A stretch of 63,561 nt of DNA, counting the filler. It is 7 parts of 7 records of this genome, joined end to end, with 100 filler letters (N's around TTAATTAATTAA, not from the genome) between each part and the next. Parts side by side here need not be neighbours in the genome. Positions count along the whole stretch, not along the records: positions 1 to 5,056 come from SRR20825010_1257; positions 5,157 to 10,656 come from SRR20825010_1261; 5 more parts are not named here. One strand, given 5' to 3'. Position numbers and translations under genes: made by a program. The notes beneath the pieces are model-generated. The model did no database searches. It saw nothing but the letters and a program-made list of their open reading frames with translations, and was not told the origin of the DNA. Below, piece by piece: positions 1 through 9,468 of the stretch (its first letter is position 1; every line of letters starts with the position of its first letter).

Positions 1-125
1 ATTCTCGGAATCTGCTTGGATTCAGTGGTTTCATACTCATTTGATCTGAGAATGTCAGCCATTTTTGTGGAAATATCATCTTCAGATATTTCCAGCTTAA
101 CGCCATTTATTTGTTTTTTAAGCAT
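1..125 (-). CDS. Partial (3' end beyond window) probable FkbM-family methyltransferase N-terminus
   Basis: Not in the ORF track. Manual translation gives MLKKQINGVKLEISEDDISTKMADILRSNEYETTESKQIPR, with an AAGGA/GGGG RBS upstream. The GVxL...S..M...L...YE..E..QIPR pattern resembles N-termini of alphaproteobacterial FkbM proteins in polysaccharide loci. Confidence 0.5.
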   Translation of the reverse strand, partial: MLKKQINGVKLEISEDDISTKMADILRSNEYETTESKQIPR

Positions 126-243
126 AATGAGCCCCAGTCCTTTGCAGCATTCTGAATCGATTCAACCTATCATTTTTCGCGTTGGCTGTGTGCTCGTTAC
201 CGGGTTCGATAATGTGATTCTGACTTTACAATCATGAGGTGTA

Positions 244-1233
244 TTGAACGATCCGGTCGCAAAATCCAACAGGTTTATGTATGAACCAACTCAAATTTTG
301 TTTTATCCACGTTGGAAAGTGTCGAAAATTTTGATTGCGAGTGAAAGCACAACCGGTTCGCGCATACGCGTTGCGGTCGTCTCCATGGATCCCGCGTTGC
401 CAGAAGAACGCCTGCTTGCGCGGCAGCAGGGGCTTTTGGCCGGCGATGTGGTCCGCGTGGTGGCAGCGGAAGCGCAGGAGGACGCGGCCTTTGCGCTGCA
501 CTCCATCCCCTCCCGCCTCAACATGGGCGGCGCAGGGGGCTTTTCCTATGCCATCCTCTCGGCGCTGGCCGGCGGGGCCGAGTGGGTCTGGATCATGGAT
601 GATGATGCCTTTCCGGTCGGTGAGGATTGCCTCAAAACGCTTCTGGAAGAGGCAAAGGCGCGGGGGCTGGAGGTCGTTTCGCCCATCATCGTCGCGCCAG
701 AGGACCAGCAGCGCCTGTCCTTTCCCTTCCGCGTGCGCGGAAAGCTGACGCATGACCGCGCGGCGGTGGAGACGCTGGACTTCATCCCCTCCATGGCCCA
801 GTTCTTCAATGGTGCGCTTGTGCACCGCGATGTCTTCTTCAAGGTCGGCCTGCCCGACATGCGGCTCTTCATCCGCGGCGATGAGGTGGATTTCATGGTG
901 CGGCTCAGGCGCGCGGGCATCCGCTTCGGCACGGTCACCAATGCCGTGGTGGCCCACCCGCCGGGCTGGGGCGAGATCGTCCCGATCATTTCCGGCCGCG
1001 TCAATGTTCTCATTCCCGAAACCGAGTTCAAGCGCTATTACTTCTTCCGCAATCGCGGCTATCTGGCGCGCCGGCACAGGCGGCTGAAGAGCTTTGTGGG
1101 AGATCTGGTGCTCTATCCTTTTGTCTATATCGTCAAGCGGCGGTTCGACTGGGCGGGGCTCGCTTTCTGGTGGCGGGCTTTCCGCGACGGACTGGCCTAT
1201 CGCTTCGACCGCGCGCCGCATCTGAACCCGTGA
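244..1233 (+). CDS. GT2 glycosyltransferase, GlfT1-like galactofuranosyltransferase (start uncertain, possibly GTG 319 or TTG 331)
   Basis: Motifs NMGGAGGF, WVWIMDDD, FNGAL, GLPDMRLFIRGDEV and RNRGY match mycobacterial GlfT1 as recalled. Confidence 0.8.
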   Translation: MNDPVAKSNRFMYEPTQILFYPRWKVSKILIASESTTGSRIRVAVVSMDPALPEERLLARQQGLLAGDVVRVVAAEAQEDAAFALHSIPSRLNMGGAGGFSYAILSALAGGAEWVWIMDDDAFPVGEDCLKTLLEEAKARGLEVVSPIIVAPEDQQRLSFPFRVRGKLTHDRAAVETLDFIPSMAQFFNGALVHRDVFFKVGLPDMRLFIRGDEVDFMVRLRRAGIRFGTVTNAVVAHPPGWGEIVPIISGRVNVLIPETEFKRYYFFRNRGYLARRHRRLKSFVGDLVLYPFVYIVKRRFDWAGLAFWWRAFRDGLAYRFDRAPHLNP

Positions 1234-2246
1234 CCGGCGTCGAAAAGGGCAAAGGCAGGCGGATCGCCAGGGGCGTGGCGGTGGTGGTCGTCACCTATCG
1301 ACGGCCCGCCATGCTGGCGCAATTGCTGGAAAGCGTGGCGGGCTCGACCCTTTTGCCGGAGCGCCTCGTCATCATCGACAATGCCAGCGGCGACGAGACG
1401 CCCGCCGTGGTGGAGGCCGCGCGCGCTGCCCTTGGGCCGGTCGAGCTCGACTATCGCCCGCTTGAGCGCAATCTGGGCGGGGCAGGCGGCTTTCACGAAG
1501 GGGTTCGCCTGGCCCACGCGGCCGGCGCGGAATGGATGTGGCTGATGGACGACGATGTGGCGCTCGCCCCTTCCGGGCTCGAGACGCTGCTTGCCCATGC
1601 CGGCCGATATCGCTGCCTGATGGGAGAGCGGGAGAACAGCGACGGCAGGCCGTTCTTCTTCCAGAACGTCTTTTTTCCCGCCCTCGGCGTGGCGCTGCCG
1701 CGCCCCGGCAACCTCTTTCGACGCGCCGATGTGTGGCACACGAACCTCGCCACGTTCGAGGGCCTTTTCGTGCACCGCTCGGTGGTCGATGCGATCGGCT
1801 TTCCCGATCCGCGCTTCTTCATCACCTGGGACGATCTCGCCTATGGCTGGCTGGCCTCGCATGTGACCGATGTCGTGTGTGTGAAAGGGGTGGTGCTGCA
1901 GCGCCTGCGCCATCAGCGGCAGATCAGCCTGGGCGTGCGGCATCTGGCCGAGGCATCGGATCTCTCGCGCTTCTACATGATGCGCAATCGCGGGCTGCTC
2001 GTGCACTATCTGCGCGCAAAGGGCCGCTACAGGCCGATACCCTTCGCCTTCGGTACGGCGCTCGTCGCCCTCAAGGAAATCCTGCGGCTGGTGGCAGTGG
2101 AGCGCCGGTTGAAGGGGATGGGAAGCATCACGCGGGGCATGCGCGAGGCGCGGCGCATTGCGCGCGACGATGCGTGGTCGGGCCTGCCGGAGGCGGCGGC
2201 AGGCGGCGCCCCTTCGCACGCACAAAAAGCCTCGGCCCGATCCTGA
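1230..2246 (+). CDS. GT2 glycosyltransferase (GlfT/WbbL-like)
   Basis: Motifs VVVTYRR, IIDNAS, NLGGAGGF, WLMDDD, FPDPRFFITWDD and MRNRG. The GTG start overlaps the upstream TGA (GTGA). Confidence 0.85.
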   Translation: MTGVEKGKGRRIARGVAVVVVTYRRPAMLAQLLESVAGSTLLPERLVIIDNASGDETPAVVEAARAALGPVELDYRPLERNLGGAGGFHEGVRLAHAAGAEWMWLMDDDVALAPSGLETLLAHAGRYRCLMGERENSDGRPFFFQNVFFPALGVALPRPGNLFRRADVWHTNLATFEGLFVHRSVVDAIGFPDPRFFITWDDLAYGWLASHVTDVVCVKGVVLQRLRHQRQISLGVRHLAEASDLSRFYMMRNRGLLVHYLRAKGRYRPIPFAFGTALVALKEILRLVAVERRLKGMGSITRGMREARRIARDDAWSGLPEAAAGGAPSHAQKASARS

Positions 2247-2271
2247 CCGGCAGAAAAGCTGATGGCCAACG

Positions 2272-2301
2272 AAAACAGGCCCCGAGCGGTTTCGGGGCCT
2301 G
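2272..2301 (-). terminator. Intrinsic terminator between convergent genes
   Basis: 10-bp stem CAGGCCCCGA/TCGGGGCCTG followed by TTTT on the minus strand, just past the SBP stop. Confidence 0.65.
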
Positions 2302-2337
2302 CTGGCTTCGGTTGCGGTGGGATGAGCCGCTTAAGGC

Positions 2338-3909
2338 TCAGCCCTCGCAGGACCACCACATGCGCGAGAAGTCATAGTCCCAGCTCTGCATGGGCACTTC
2401 CGCATAGCCCTGGAGGCAGGAGTGAGCGGCCATGCGCTTCAACTGGGTGAGAAGCGGGATCTCGGCCATGTTTTCGTGGAGGCGCGCCTGGATGTCCTTG
2501 TAGATGGCGTTGCGCGCCGCCTCATCCACCGTTGCACGGGACTTGTCGATCATAGCGTCGACCTCGGGGTCGTTCACCCACGACATCGAGGACCAGGTGC
2601 CCGCAGCGCGCGAATGGTATTGCACGAAGAACACGGAATCGGGCGAAGGATAGGTCGGACCGTAAAACACCTGTGCCGTGTTGGGCGTCGTCTCCACCTT
2701 GGTGGCGAGCTCGGTGATGCGGTTCCACGGCTCCGGCTGCAGATCGACCTCGAAACCGATGGTCTCCAGCGTCGATTTGAAAAGCAGACCGATTTCCTCC
2801 TCGAACGCCGTGTTGGCGACATAGGCATGGCCGAGCTTGATCGGCTTGTCGCCGGCATACTTTGATTTGGCGACTTCCTCGGCGGCCTTCTCAAGGCTGT
2901 ATTCGGGGGAGGGGAGCTCGTCCAGATGCGCCTCGGAGAACAGCGAGGAAAGAACGCTCTTCATCTCGCCGCCGGGATAGATGACCTCACGGATGGTCGC
3001 ATAATCCAGCGCATAGGCGATGGCGCGGCGGATGTGCACGTCATCGGTGGGTGCGAGCTGGTTGTTGACCTTGAGGTAGAAGCCCGTCGCGGTGCTTGCC
3101 TCGATGAGCTTGTAGGTGTCGAGCGCCTCGATGGCCTTGTAGGTCTCGCTGCTCTGATACTGGGAGGAGAGACCCAGCTCGCCACGCTGGGCGAGCGCGC
3201 GCACCGTGGCTTCGTCGCGCGTAACGACGAAACGCAGTTCGTCGATCGGACGATCCTTGGCCCAGCCGGCGTGGTAGCCCTCATAGCGCTGCATGATCAT
3301 CTCGGCGCCGCGGGTCCAGCCGCTGAGATTGTAGGGGCCGGCGCCCAGGCTGTTTTCGGCCAGGTAATCCTCGCCCCACTCGCCGTCCTGTTCTTTGGCC
3401 ACATCAGAATTGACCACGAGAACCAGCGGCGTGATGGAAATGAACGGCGCGTAGACGCGGTTGATCCGGATTTCAACCGTATGGTCATCGAGCGCCTTGA
3501 CGTTCTCCGGATCGACGAGATCGGAGAAGAGGTAGGCCGGACCCTCGTTCAGCGAAAGAAGGCGCTGCAGGGTATAGACAACGTCCTTGGCTTCCACCGG
3601 GCTGCCATCCTGAAAAGTCGCATCCTGCTTCAGCTTGAACGTGTACGTCTGGTTGTCGTCGGAGACCTCCCAGCTTTCCGCGAGCTGGGGCACCACCTCA
3701 CCGCCACTGCTGACGGTGGTGAGACCGTCATAGAGATTCACGGCAGCCATATATTCGGTGTAGTCGGTGATCTTGGCCGGGTCGACCGTACCGAAAATCT
3801 GCACCACGTTGACGACAAGCGAAAGCTTGTCCTGAGCCATTGCCGGCGCAGTCAACGCTGTGGTGGCAGCGAGAACCGCACCGGCCAGCGCATGTTTCAA
3901 AAGTCTCAT
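2338..3909 (-). CDS. ABC transporter substrate-binding protein, family 5 (peptide/nickel-type)
   Basis: Signal peptide, LYDGL...PQLAESWEVSDDNQTYTFKLK...FQDGSPVEAKDV and GAGPY. ATG 3909 is preceded by GAGGA. Confidence 0.9.
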   Translation of the reverse strand: MRLLKHALAGAVLAATTALTAPAMAQDKLSLVVNVVQIFGTVDPAKITDYTEYMAAVNLYDGLTTVSSGGEVVPQLAESWEVSDDNQTYTFKLKQDATFQDGSPVEAKDVVYTLQRLLSLNEGPAYLFSDLVDPENVKALDDHTVEIRINRVYAPFISITPLVLVVNSDVAKEQDGEWGEDYLAENSLGAGPYNLSGWTRGAEMIMQRYEGYHAGWAKDRPIDELRFVVTRDEATVRALAQRGELGLSSQYQSSETYKAIEALDTYKLIEASTATGFYLKVNNQLAPTDDVHIRRAIAYALDYATIREVIYPGGEMKSVLSSLFSEAHLDELPSPEYSLEKAAEEVAKSKYAGDKPIKLGHAYVANTAFEEEIGLLFKSTLETIGFEVDLQPEPWNRITELATKVETTPNTAQVFYGPTYPSPDSVFFVQYHSRAAGTWSSMSWVNDPEVDAMIDKSRATVDEAARNAIYKDIQARLHENMAEIPLLTQLKRMAAHSCLQGYAEVPMQSWDYDFSRMWWSCEG

Positions 3910-3952
3910 TGTCCTGTTCCTCTTCTCTGGTTCCATCAATGTTGCGTCCTTC

Positions 3953-5038
3953 TCACCGGGACATCTGGTTCAGCGGCACGTAGTCATGCTCGTAGCCGAA
4001 GTATCGGGGCCCAACGAGCTCAAGCCCCTCGGGGGTCGACCATTGCGGATCGCAGGCAAGCCCGATCATATTGACCGCCAGCCCGTAGCGAAGCTGCTCT
4101 GTTGTGACGGGAAGGCCGCCATCGGCATCGAGCGCGCAGATCAGATCGGGTGTGACGGCCAGCAGGCCATCATCGTCGCGGCAGACCAGGAACTCGTTCT
4201 GGAACTCGACGGTGAAGCTGCGTCCCTCGTCTTCGTCGATCCCCTTGAAAAGAGCCTTGCCGCGGGCAAAGCCCCCGACGGTTCGCCGGTCGATGTCGAC
4301 GACGCGGCCTGTAAACAGGCGCTTGCCGTCCAGGCGCTTCAAAAGGGCGGCCGCAGGATTGCGGCTTGCCTTGCGCTCCGCCGCCATCGTCTCGCCGATC
4401 TCCTTGATCAGCGACATGGTGCCGTGAAGAATGCCACGTTTCACCTCTGCTCCACTCATGGGGTAGAGTGCGACAAGTGCCGCGCCGCCCATTTCCACCG
4501 TCTGGCAGCGCGCCAGTCTTTCGGTCCAGCGGTTGGAGATCGCATTGATCACCGAGCTGTTGCCCTTGTCATCGGCCAGCACCATCGGTGTTGCCGAAAT
4601 GCCATGGATCGTCAGCGTCACCATCTGCAATTCCGGAAATGCCCGGCCCATCCCGTCGCCATCGACCAACGGCAGCCCGGTGGCGGCTGCAACGGCATAG
4701 GGGATGGTGGAATTCAGGCCACCGGCCTCAATGCAGATGAGGGCATCGGCCTTGCGACCCAGAAAGGTCTCGAGCTGGCTGAGCGCCTCGCGCGCTTCCT
4801 CGCCATTGGGCAGTTTCTCGACCATCACGGTCGGAGCTCCCATCATGCAGACGGGGATGCACAAGGCGTCGTCGGGAAGTTCGTCGGCGGAAATAACGGT
4901 GACAGGACCGTGCGAGGCTATGACCTGCTTTGCCATCAGCTTTCCGATATACGGATCGCCACCGCCGCCGGTACCCAGAAATGCGCCACCCAACGCAATG
5001 GCGTCCATGTCATCCGCGTTCACGGAGAAGGATGTCAT
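3953..5038 (-). CDS. DUF917 domain protein
   Basis: Motifs GGAFLGTGGGGDP, MMGAPTVMVEK, EAGGLNS, DGDGMGRAFPELQM, EFQNE and TPDLI. GGGAGG RBS. Confidence 0.9.
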   Translation of the reverse strand: MTSFSVNADDMDAIALGGAFLGTGGGGDPYIGKLMAKQVIASHGPVTVISADELPDDALCIPVCMMGAPTVMVEKLPNGEEAREALSQLETFLGRKADALICIEAGGLNSTIPYAVAAATGLPLVDGDGMGRAFPELQMVTLTIHGISATPMVLADDKGNSSVINAISNRWTERLARCQTVEMGGAALVALYPMSGAEVKRGILHGTMSLIKEIGETMAAERKASRNPAAALLKRLDGKRLFTGRVVDIDRRTVGGFARGKALFKGIDEDEGRSFTVEFQNEFLVCRDDDGLLAVTPDLICALDADGGLPVTTEQLRYGLAVNMIGLACDPQWSTPEGLELVGPRYFGYEHDYVPLNQMSR

Positions 5039-5056
5039 GCCGCGCCTCCCTTGTCG

Positions 5057-5156
5057 NNNNNNNNNNNNNNNNNNNNNNNNNNNNNNNNNNNNNNNNNNNN
5101 TTAATTAATTAANNNNNNNNNNNNNNNNNNNNNNNNNNNNNNNNNNNNNNNNNNNN
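5057..5156. other. Artificial contig linker
   Basis: 44 N + TTAATTAATTAA (stops in all six frames) + 44 N. Confidence 0.98.
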
Positions 5157-6283
5157 AGATAAGGCTCGCCCGCAGCAACATCCACACGCAACGCCAATTG
5201 AGCCGCCTTTGCACGTCCATCATCGCCAAAGGCCACGAAATCGACTTTCGACAAAAGCAAAGCAGCGGCCACCGCATGCTGCAACGAGAACTTCGCCTCA
5301 TACTCACTATTCGCAACAGGCCGATTGCAAACATCAAGCGCCGCCTGATAAGCGGTCACAGAGACGCGCGCAATCGCATCTTCTGCGACGCCCCCAAGCC
5401 TGATGCGCAATTCCTCAGCCGCATCGATTGCTGGGTGAGTATGACGGCAAGAAGGCCAAGGCTTGATGGATGTCTTCACCAACTGCCAGTCTGCGTCTGC
5501 GTCACCCAGCACCATATCGGGCTTAGCGTCCGGGCAAGCCGCTTTGAAGAAGCCTTTTTCACCCTCAAGAATTTTAGGAGGGCCCGTGAATCCGAAAGCC
5601 GCCAGATCAGCTGCCTTCATTCCCGCTTCTACTGCATGTCCGGCATGGAGGTGCTTCGTCATCGCACCAGTTTCCAAAAACTGCCAGAGACCCGAAGACT
5701 GGCTTCCAGCATTTCCGAGTGCATGAACAGTTTGTATGGCATCAAGCTTCAAGAGCCGCGCCGCGGCCATGGCAGATCCATATGGGCCGCAGGTCGCAGT
5801 ATTATGCCAAATACGGTAATGCGCGGCACCAACGGCCATCCCGACCCGCGTCGTTGCCTCAAATCCCTCAAGCACCGAGCGCAACAATTCATGCCCCGAA
5901 ACCTGTAACTTTGTGCCGAGCGCCCAAGCCGCCGGCACGACCACGCATCCGGGATGGACCACAGATGCACGATGCAGGTCGTCAGTTTCCAGAATGTGGC
6001 AAAGCGCACCCATCAAAAAACCAAGGCGTGAGGGTTCCGGAGCCTCGTTCGATGCACGCGACTGCCACCAGTCGATCAGAACCCGACCCGGGCCCGAGTT
6101 CCTTCCAGCCAGAATATTGGCCACAGCATCCAGCGTGAAAAGCGCTGCTGCCTCATAATCCGGCTGAGATACAGGCTTTGCACGGATAAGGTCCACTAAC
6201 CCTTCGGTTAGGCTTTTACCGCCCTGAGTAATAGCACCGGAGGAGGGGCCTGATTTTGCTGATTTTGATGTCTCAGGTTTCAT
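5157..6283 (-). CDS. MmgE/PrpD family protein (3' truncated by contig end)
   Basis: Motifs HILETDDLH...HPG, WHNTATCG, KHLHAG, IKPWPSCRHTHPAIDA and AKFSL. Confidence 0.9.
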
Positions 6284-6479
6284 TTCGCACTTTTCTCGTT
6301 AGACGGCAGACCAATCGTTAACGCCCCTGTGACATAAAAGAAAGCCGCAAGCGCCGGTTGTGCAGCGCGCAAGCCTTGCCGCCCAACTACCGGCTGACTA
6401 TAAGGTTTTTCAGTGCTTTCGCCCGCGCCGATTCCCCCTAGGTCTTATTCGGACGCCGCGCGAAACAAGAGGTGCTTCG

Positions 6480-7484
6480 ATGATCTCTCTCCGTCGCCGT
6501 TCCGCATTACCCGGAATGGTCCTTTTGACAGCGACGCTGGCCCTCGCGGCCTGCAGCTCCACATCCTCCAGCGGCGGAAAAGTCACAACTCCGTCTGGGG
6601 CCGGCGGCCATTATAAGGTCGGCAAACCCTATCAGGTTGCCGGTGTTTGGTATTATCCCAAAGAAGACGAGAACTACGATCACACCGGCATCGGCTCGTG
6701 GTACGGCCCCCAGTTCCACGGCAAAAAGACCGCCAATGGCGAGACCTTCGATCAGGAGCAGATCACTGCTGCCCATCCCACCTTGCCTTTGCCTGTTCTT
6801 GCCCGTGTGACAAACCTGGAAAATGGCCGCTCGATTGTCGTGCGCATCAACGACCGTGGCCCCTTTGTCGCCGGTCGCGAGATCGATCTGTCGCGCAAGG
6901 CCGCCGAACTGCTCGACTATGAGCGCAAAGGAACAGCTCGTGTACGTGTTCAGTATCTCGGTCGCGCCCCTTTGCCCGGTGATGACGGCTCCACTCTGAT
7001 CGCACAGGAAAGCTTCACGCTGCCAAAGCCGCAAATGGACGAAAGCGAAAAGCGTGTCGCAAGTGTACCGGCTTCCGGCCTCGTCACCGCCACCGCACTC
7101 GCAGCTCCCATTGGCGCAAAAGCCGCTGCCGATACAACCACAAGCGTCGCCACTATTGTGCCTCAAGCAACCATGGCCCCCGTTACCGACAGCACACCTG
7201 TCGCAACAACTTCAGAACCGCTTGTGCGCCAGATGCCGGTGGTTCCCAATAACAATATCTATGTGCAGGCTGGCTCCTTCCAGAACTTCACCAATGCAGA
7301 AGCCATGCACCAGAAGCTTCTCGCGCAAGGCGTGCAAAATGTGCAAGTCTCGCCGACAACTGTGGACGGCACAAAGTTTTACCGTGTTCGCGTCGGCCCT
7401 CTGTCCGATGTGCCTGCCGCCGACGCCTCACTCCAGACCATTTCCCAGAATGGCAATGCGGGTGCCCGCATCGTTATCGAATAA
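6480..7484 (+). CDS. rlpA: Septal ring lytic transglycosylase RlpA lipoprotein (DPBB + SPOR)
   Basis: Lipobox LAAC, YKVGKPY, SWYG...TANGE...TAAHPTLP, RINDRGPF and a C-terminal SPOR domain (YVQAGSF, YRVRVGP). Confidence 0.92.
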   Translation: MISLRRRSALPGMVLLTATLALAACSSTSSSGGKVTTPSGAGGHYKVGKPYQVAGVWYYPKEDENYDHTGIGSWYGPQFHGKKTANGETFDQEQITAAHPTLPLPVLARVTNLENGRSIVVRINDRGPFVAGREIDLSRKAAELLDYERKGTARVRVQYLGRAPLPGDDGSTLIAQESFTLPKPQMDESEKRVASVPASGLVTATALAAPIGAKAAADTTTSVATIVPQATMAPVTDSTPVATTSEPLVRQMPVVPNNNIYVQAGSFQNFTNAEAMHQKLLAQGVQNVQVSPTTVDGTKFYRVRVGPLSDVPAADASLQTISQNGNAGARIVIE

Positions 7485-7529
7485 TAATCAGTAGCAAGAT
7501 CATATAACCGCCGAAAGCGAGTTGCCGAA

Positions 7530-8711
7530 ATGCTGAGAACCATGCCGATCCCGTCCACCTTCCGCCCCGTCATGCTGGCCATCACCGCCCTGACGTGTTT
7601 GCTGATTGTGGGTCTGACGGCAAAACCTGCTTACGCGTTCGACACCTCCGCCGAGTACGGTGTCCTGATCGATGCCGACACCGGCGCGGTCCTCTGGGAA
7701 AAAGACGCCGACACCCGCATGCATCCCGCCAGCATGAGCAAGCTGATGACACTCTCCATGCTGTTTGACGCATTGGAAGCGGGAACAGCCAAACTTGATG
7801 ATGAATTCCGCGTCAGCGAACATGCTTGGCGCGCTGGCGGTGCGGCCTCCGGCTCCTCCACCATGTTTGCCAAGGTCGGCTCCACCATTCCGGTCGAGGT
7901 GCTCATTCAGGGCATTATTGTCCAGTCCGGCAATGATGCCTGCATTGCAGTCGCCGAGGCGCTTTCAGGATCGGAGCCAGAATTTGCCATCGCCATGACC
8001 AAGCGCGGCAAGGAGCTGGGCCTCACGGATTCCACTTTTGCCAATTCGACAGGCTGGCCCGATCCCGACCAGATGATGACGGCCCATGACCTTGCCCGTC
8101 TGGCCCGCCACATCATCAATGACTTCCCGCAATATTATCACTATTTCAGCGAGAAAGAGTTCACCTGGAACGGCATCACACAGCACAACCGCAATCCCGC
8201 ACTCTATCTCGACCCAAGCGTTGACGGCCTCAAGACCGGCCACACGGAAGCCTCCGGATATGGTCTCACCCTTTCGGCCAAGCGCGGCGACCAGCGCCTT
8301 ATTCTGGTGCTGAACGGCTTGCCCTCCATGAAAGCCCGCGCCGAGGAAAGCCTCCGCGTTCTCAACTGGGGCTTCCGCTCGTTCAAGTCCTACAAACTGT
8401 TTGCCGCCAATGATGTCGTGGACAACGCGCCCGTCTGGCAGGGTACCTATGCGCAGGTTCCCCTCGTCGTCACCTCCGATGTCAATCTCATCATGACGCC
8501 CGATCAGCGCCGCGACATGAAAGTGGCAGTCCTTTATGACAGCCCCGTCGCAGCCCCCATTGCCGCGGGCCAGCGCATTGGCACATTGCGCATTTCCGCA
8601 CCCGACAAGATGGATCAGGATATTCCGCTCGTTGCCGGCGCCGATGTCGAACAGCTCGGCATTTTCGGACGCGGTCTGTCAGCCTTGCGCAACATGATCT
8701 TCGGCGGTTAA
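7530..8711 (+). CDS. dacA: D-alanyl-D-alanine carboxypeptidase (PBP5/6, S11)
   Basis: SxxK (PASMSKLMT), SGNDA and KTGHT motifs. Canonical position after rlpA. Confidence 0.92.
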   Translation: MLRTMPIPSTFRPVMLAITALTCLLIVGLTAKPAYAFDTSAEYGVLIDADTGAVLWEKDADTRMHPASMSKLMTLSMLFDALEAGTAKLDDEFRVSEHAWRAGGAASGSSTMFAKVGSTIPVEVLIQGIIVQSGNDACIAVAEALSGSEPEFAIAMTKRGKELGLTDSTFANSTGWPDPDQMMTAHDLARLARHIINDFPQYYHYFSEKEFTWNGITQHNRNPALYLDPSVDGLKTGHTEASGYGLTLSAKRGDQRLILVLNGLPSMKARAEESLRVLNWGFRSFKSYKLFAANDVVDNAPVWQGTYAQVPLVVTSDVNLIMTPDQRRDMKVAVLYDSPVAAPIAAGQRIGTLRISAPDKMDQDIPLVAGADVEQLGIFGRGLSALRNMIFGG

Positions 8712-8716
8712 GGCGC

Positions 8717-9355
8717 ATGGGCGCATCGCGTTTCATCACGCTGGAAGGCGGCGAGGGCGCGGGCAAATCGACGCAATTACGTCGGCTAGGCGACCGGCTG
8801 AAAGCCCTTGGCCATACGGTCACCATAACGCGGGAACCGGGTGGTTCCCCAGGTGCCGAAGCCATCCGAAGCTTGCTCGTCACTGGCGAAACAGCCCGTT
8901 GGTCACCTCTGGGTGAAACACTGCTTCATTTTGCTGCCCGTCAGGAACATCTTATTCATACCATCCGTCCCGCCCTTGCACGAAGCGAATGGGTTCTATG
9001 CGACCGCTTCATTGACTCAACCTTCGCCTATCAGGGCGCGGCACAGGGTCTGGCCCCGCAAACCATTGCTGAGCTTGGCAAAATGGTTATTGGCGACACC
9101 ATGCCGGATCTCACGCTCATCCTCGATTTACCTGTCGATGTGGGGCTTGCCCGCGCCACAGCGCCGGAAACGGCTCAAGGCACTGAAAATCGCTATGAGC
9201 GAATGGGCAAGGCCTTCCATGAGACCCTGCGACAGACCTTTCTGGCCCGTGCCAAAGCCGAACCACAACGCTGCGTTGTTATCGATGCAACAGCCGGAAT
9301 AGGCGATGTTGAGGCTCAAATTTGGCAACACGTCAATGACCGTTTACCAACCTAA
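8717..9355 (+). CDS. tmk: Thymidylate kinase
   Basis: Motifs FITLEGGEGAGKSTQ, TREPGG, CDRFIDSTFAYQG and PDLTLILD. Confidence 0.95.
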   Translation: MGASRFITLEGGEGAGKSTQLRRLGDRLKALGHTVTITREPGGSPGAEAIRSLLVTGETARWSPLGETLLHFAARQEHLIHTIRPALARSEWVLCDRFIDSTFAYQGAAQGLAPQTIAELGKMVIGDTMPDLTLILDLPVDVGLARATAPETAQGTENRYERMGKAFHETLRQTFLARAKAEPQRCVVIDATAGIGDVEAQIWQHVNDRLPT

Positions 9356-9468
9356 CCATTGATTGATCACAATAATCTCGTTTGACCAGTGCTAGTGGCA
9401 TCCACTATAGAATGGGCCTGTGACGCGACCCATTAGGCGGGACGCTGTGAATTCAGGACCCCGCTCGC

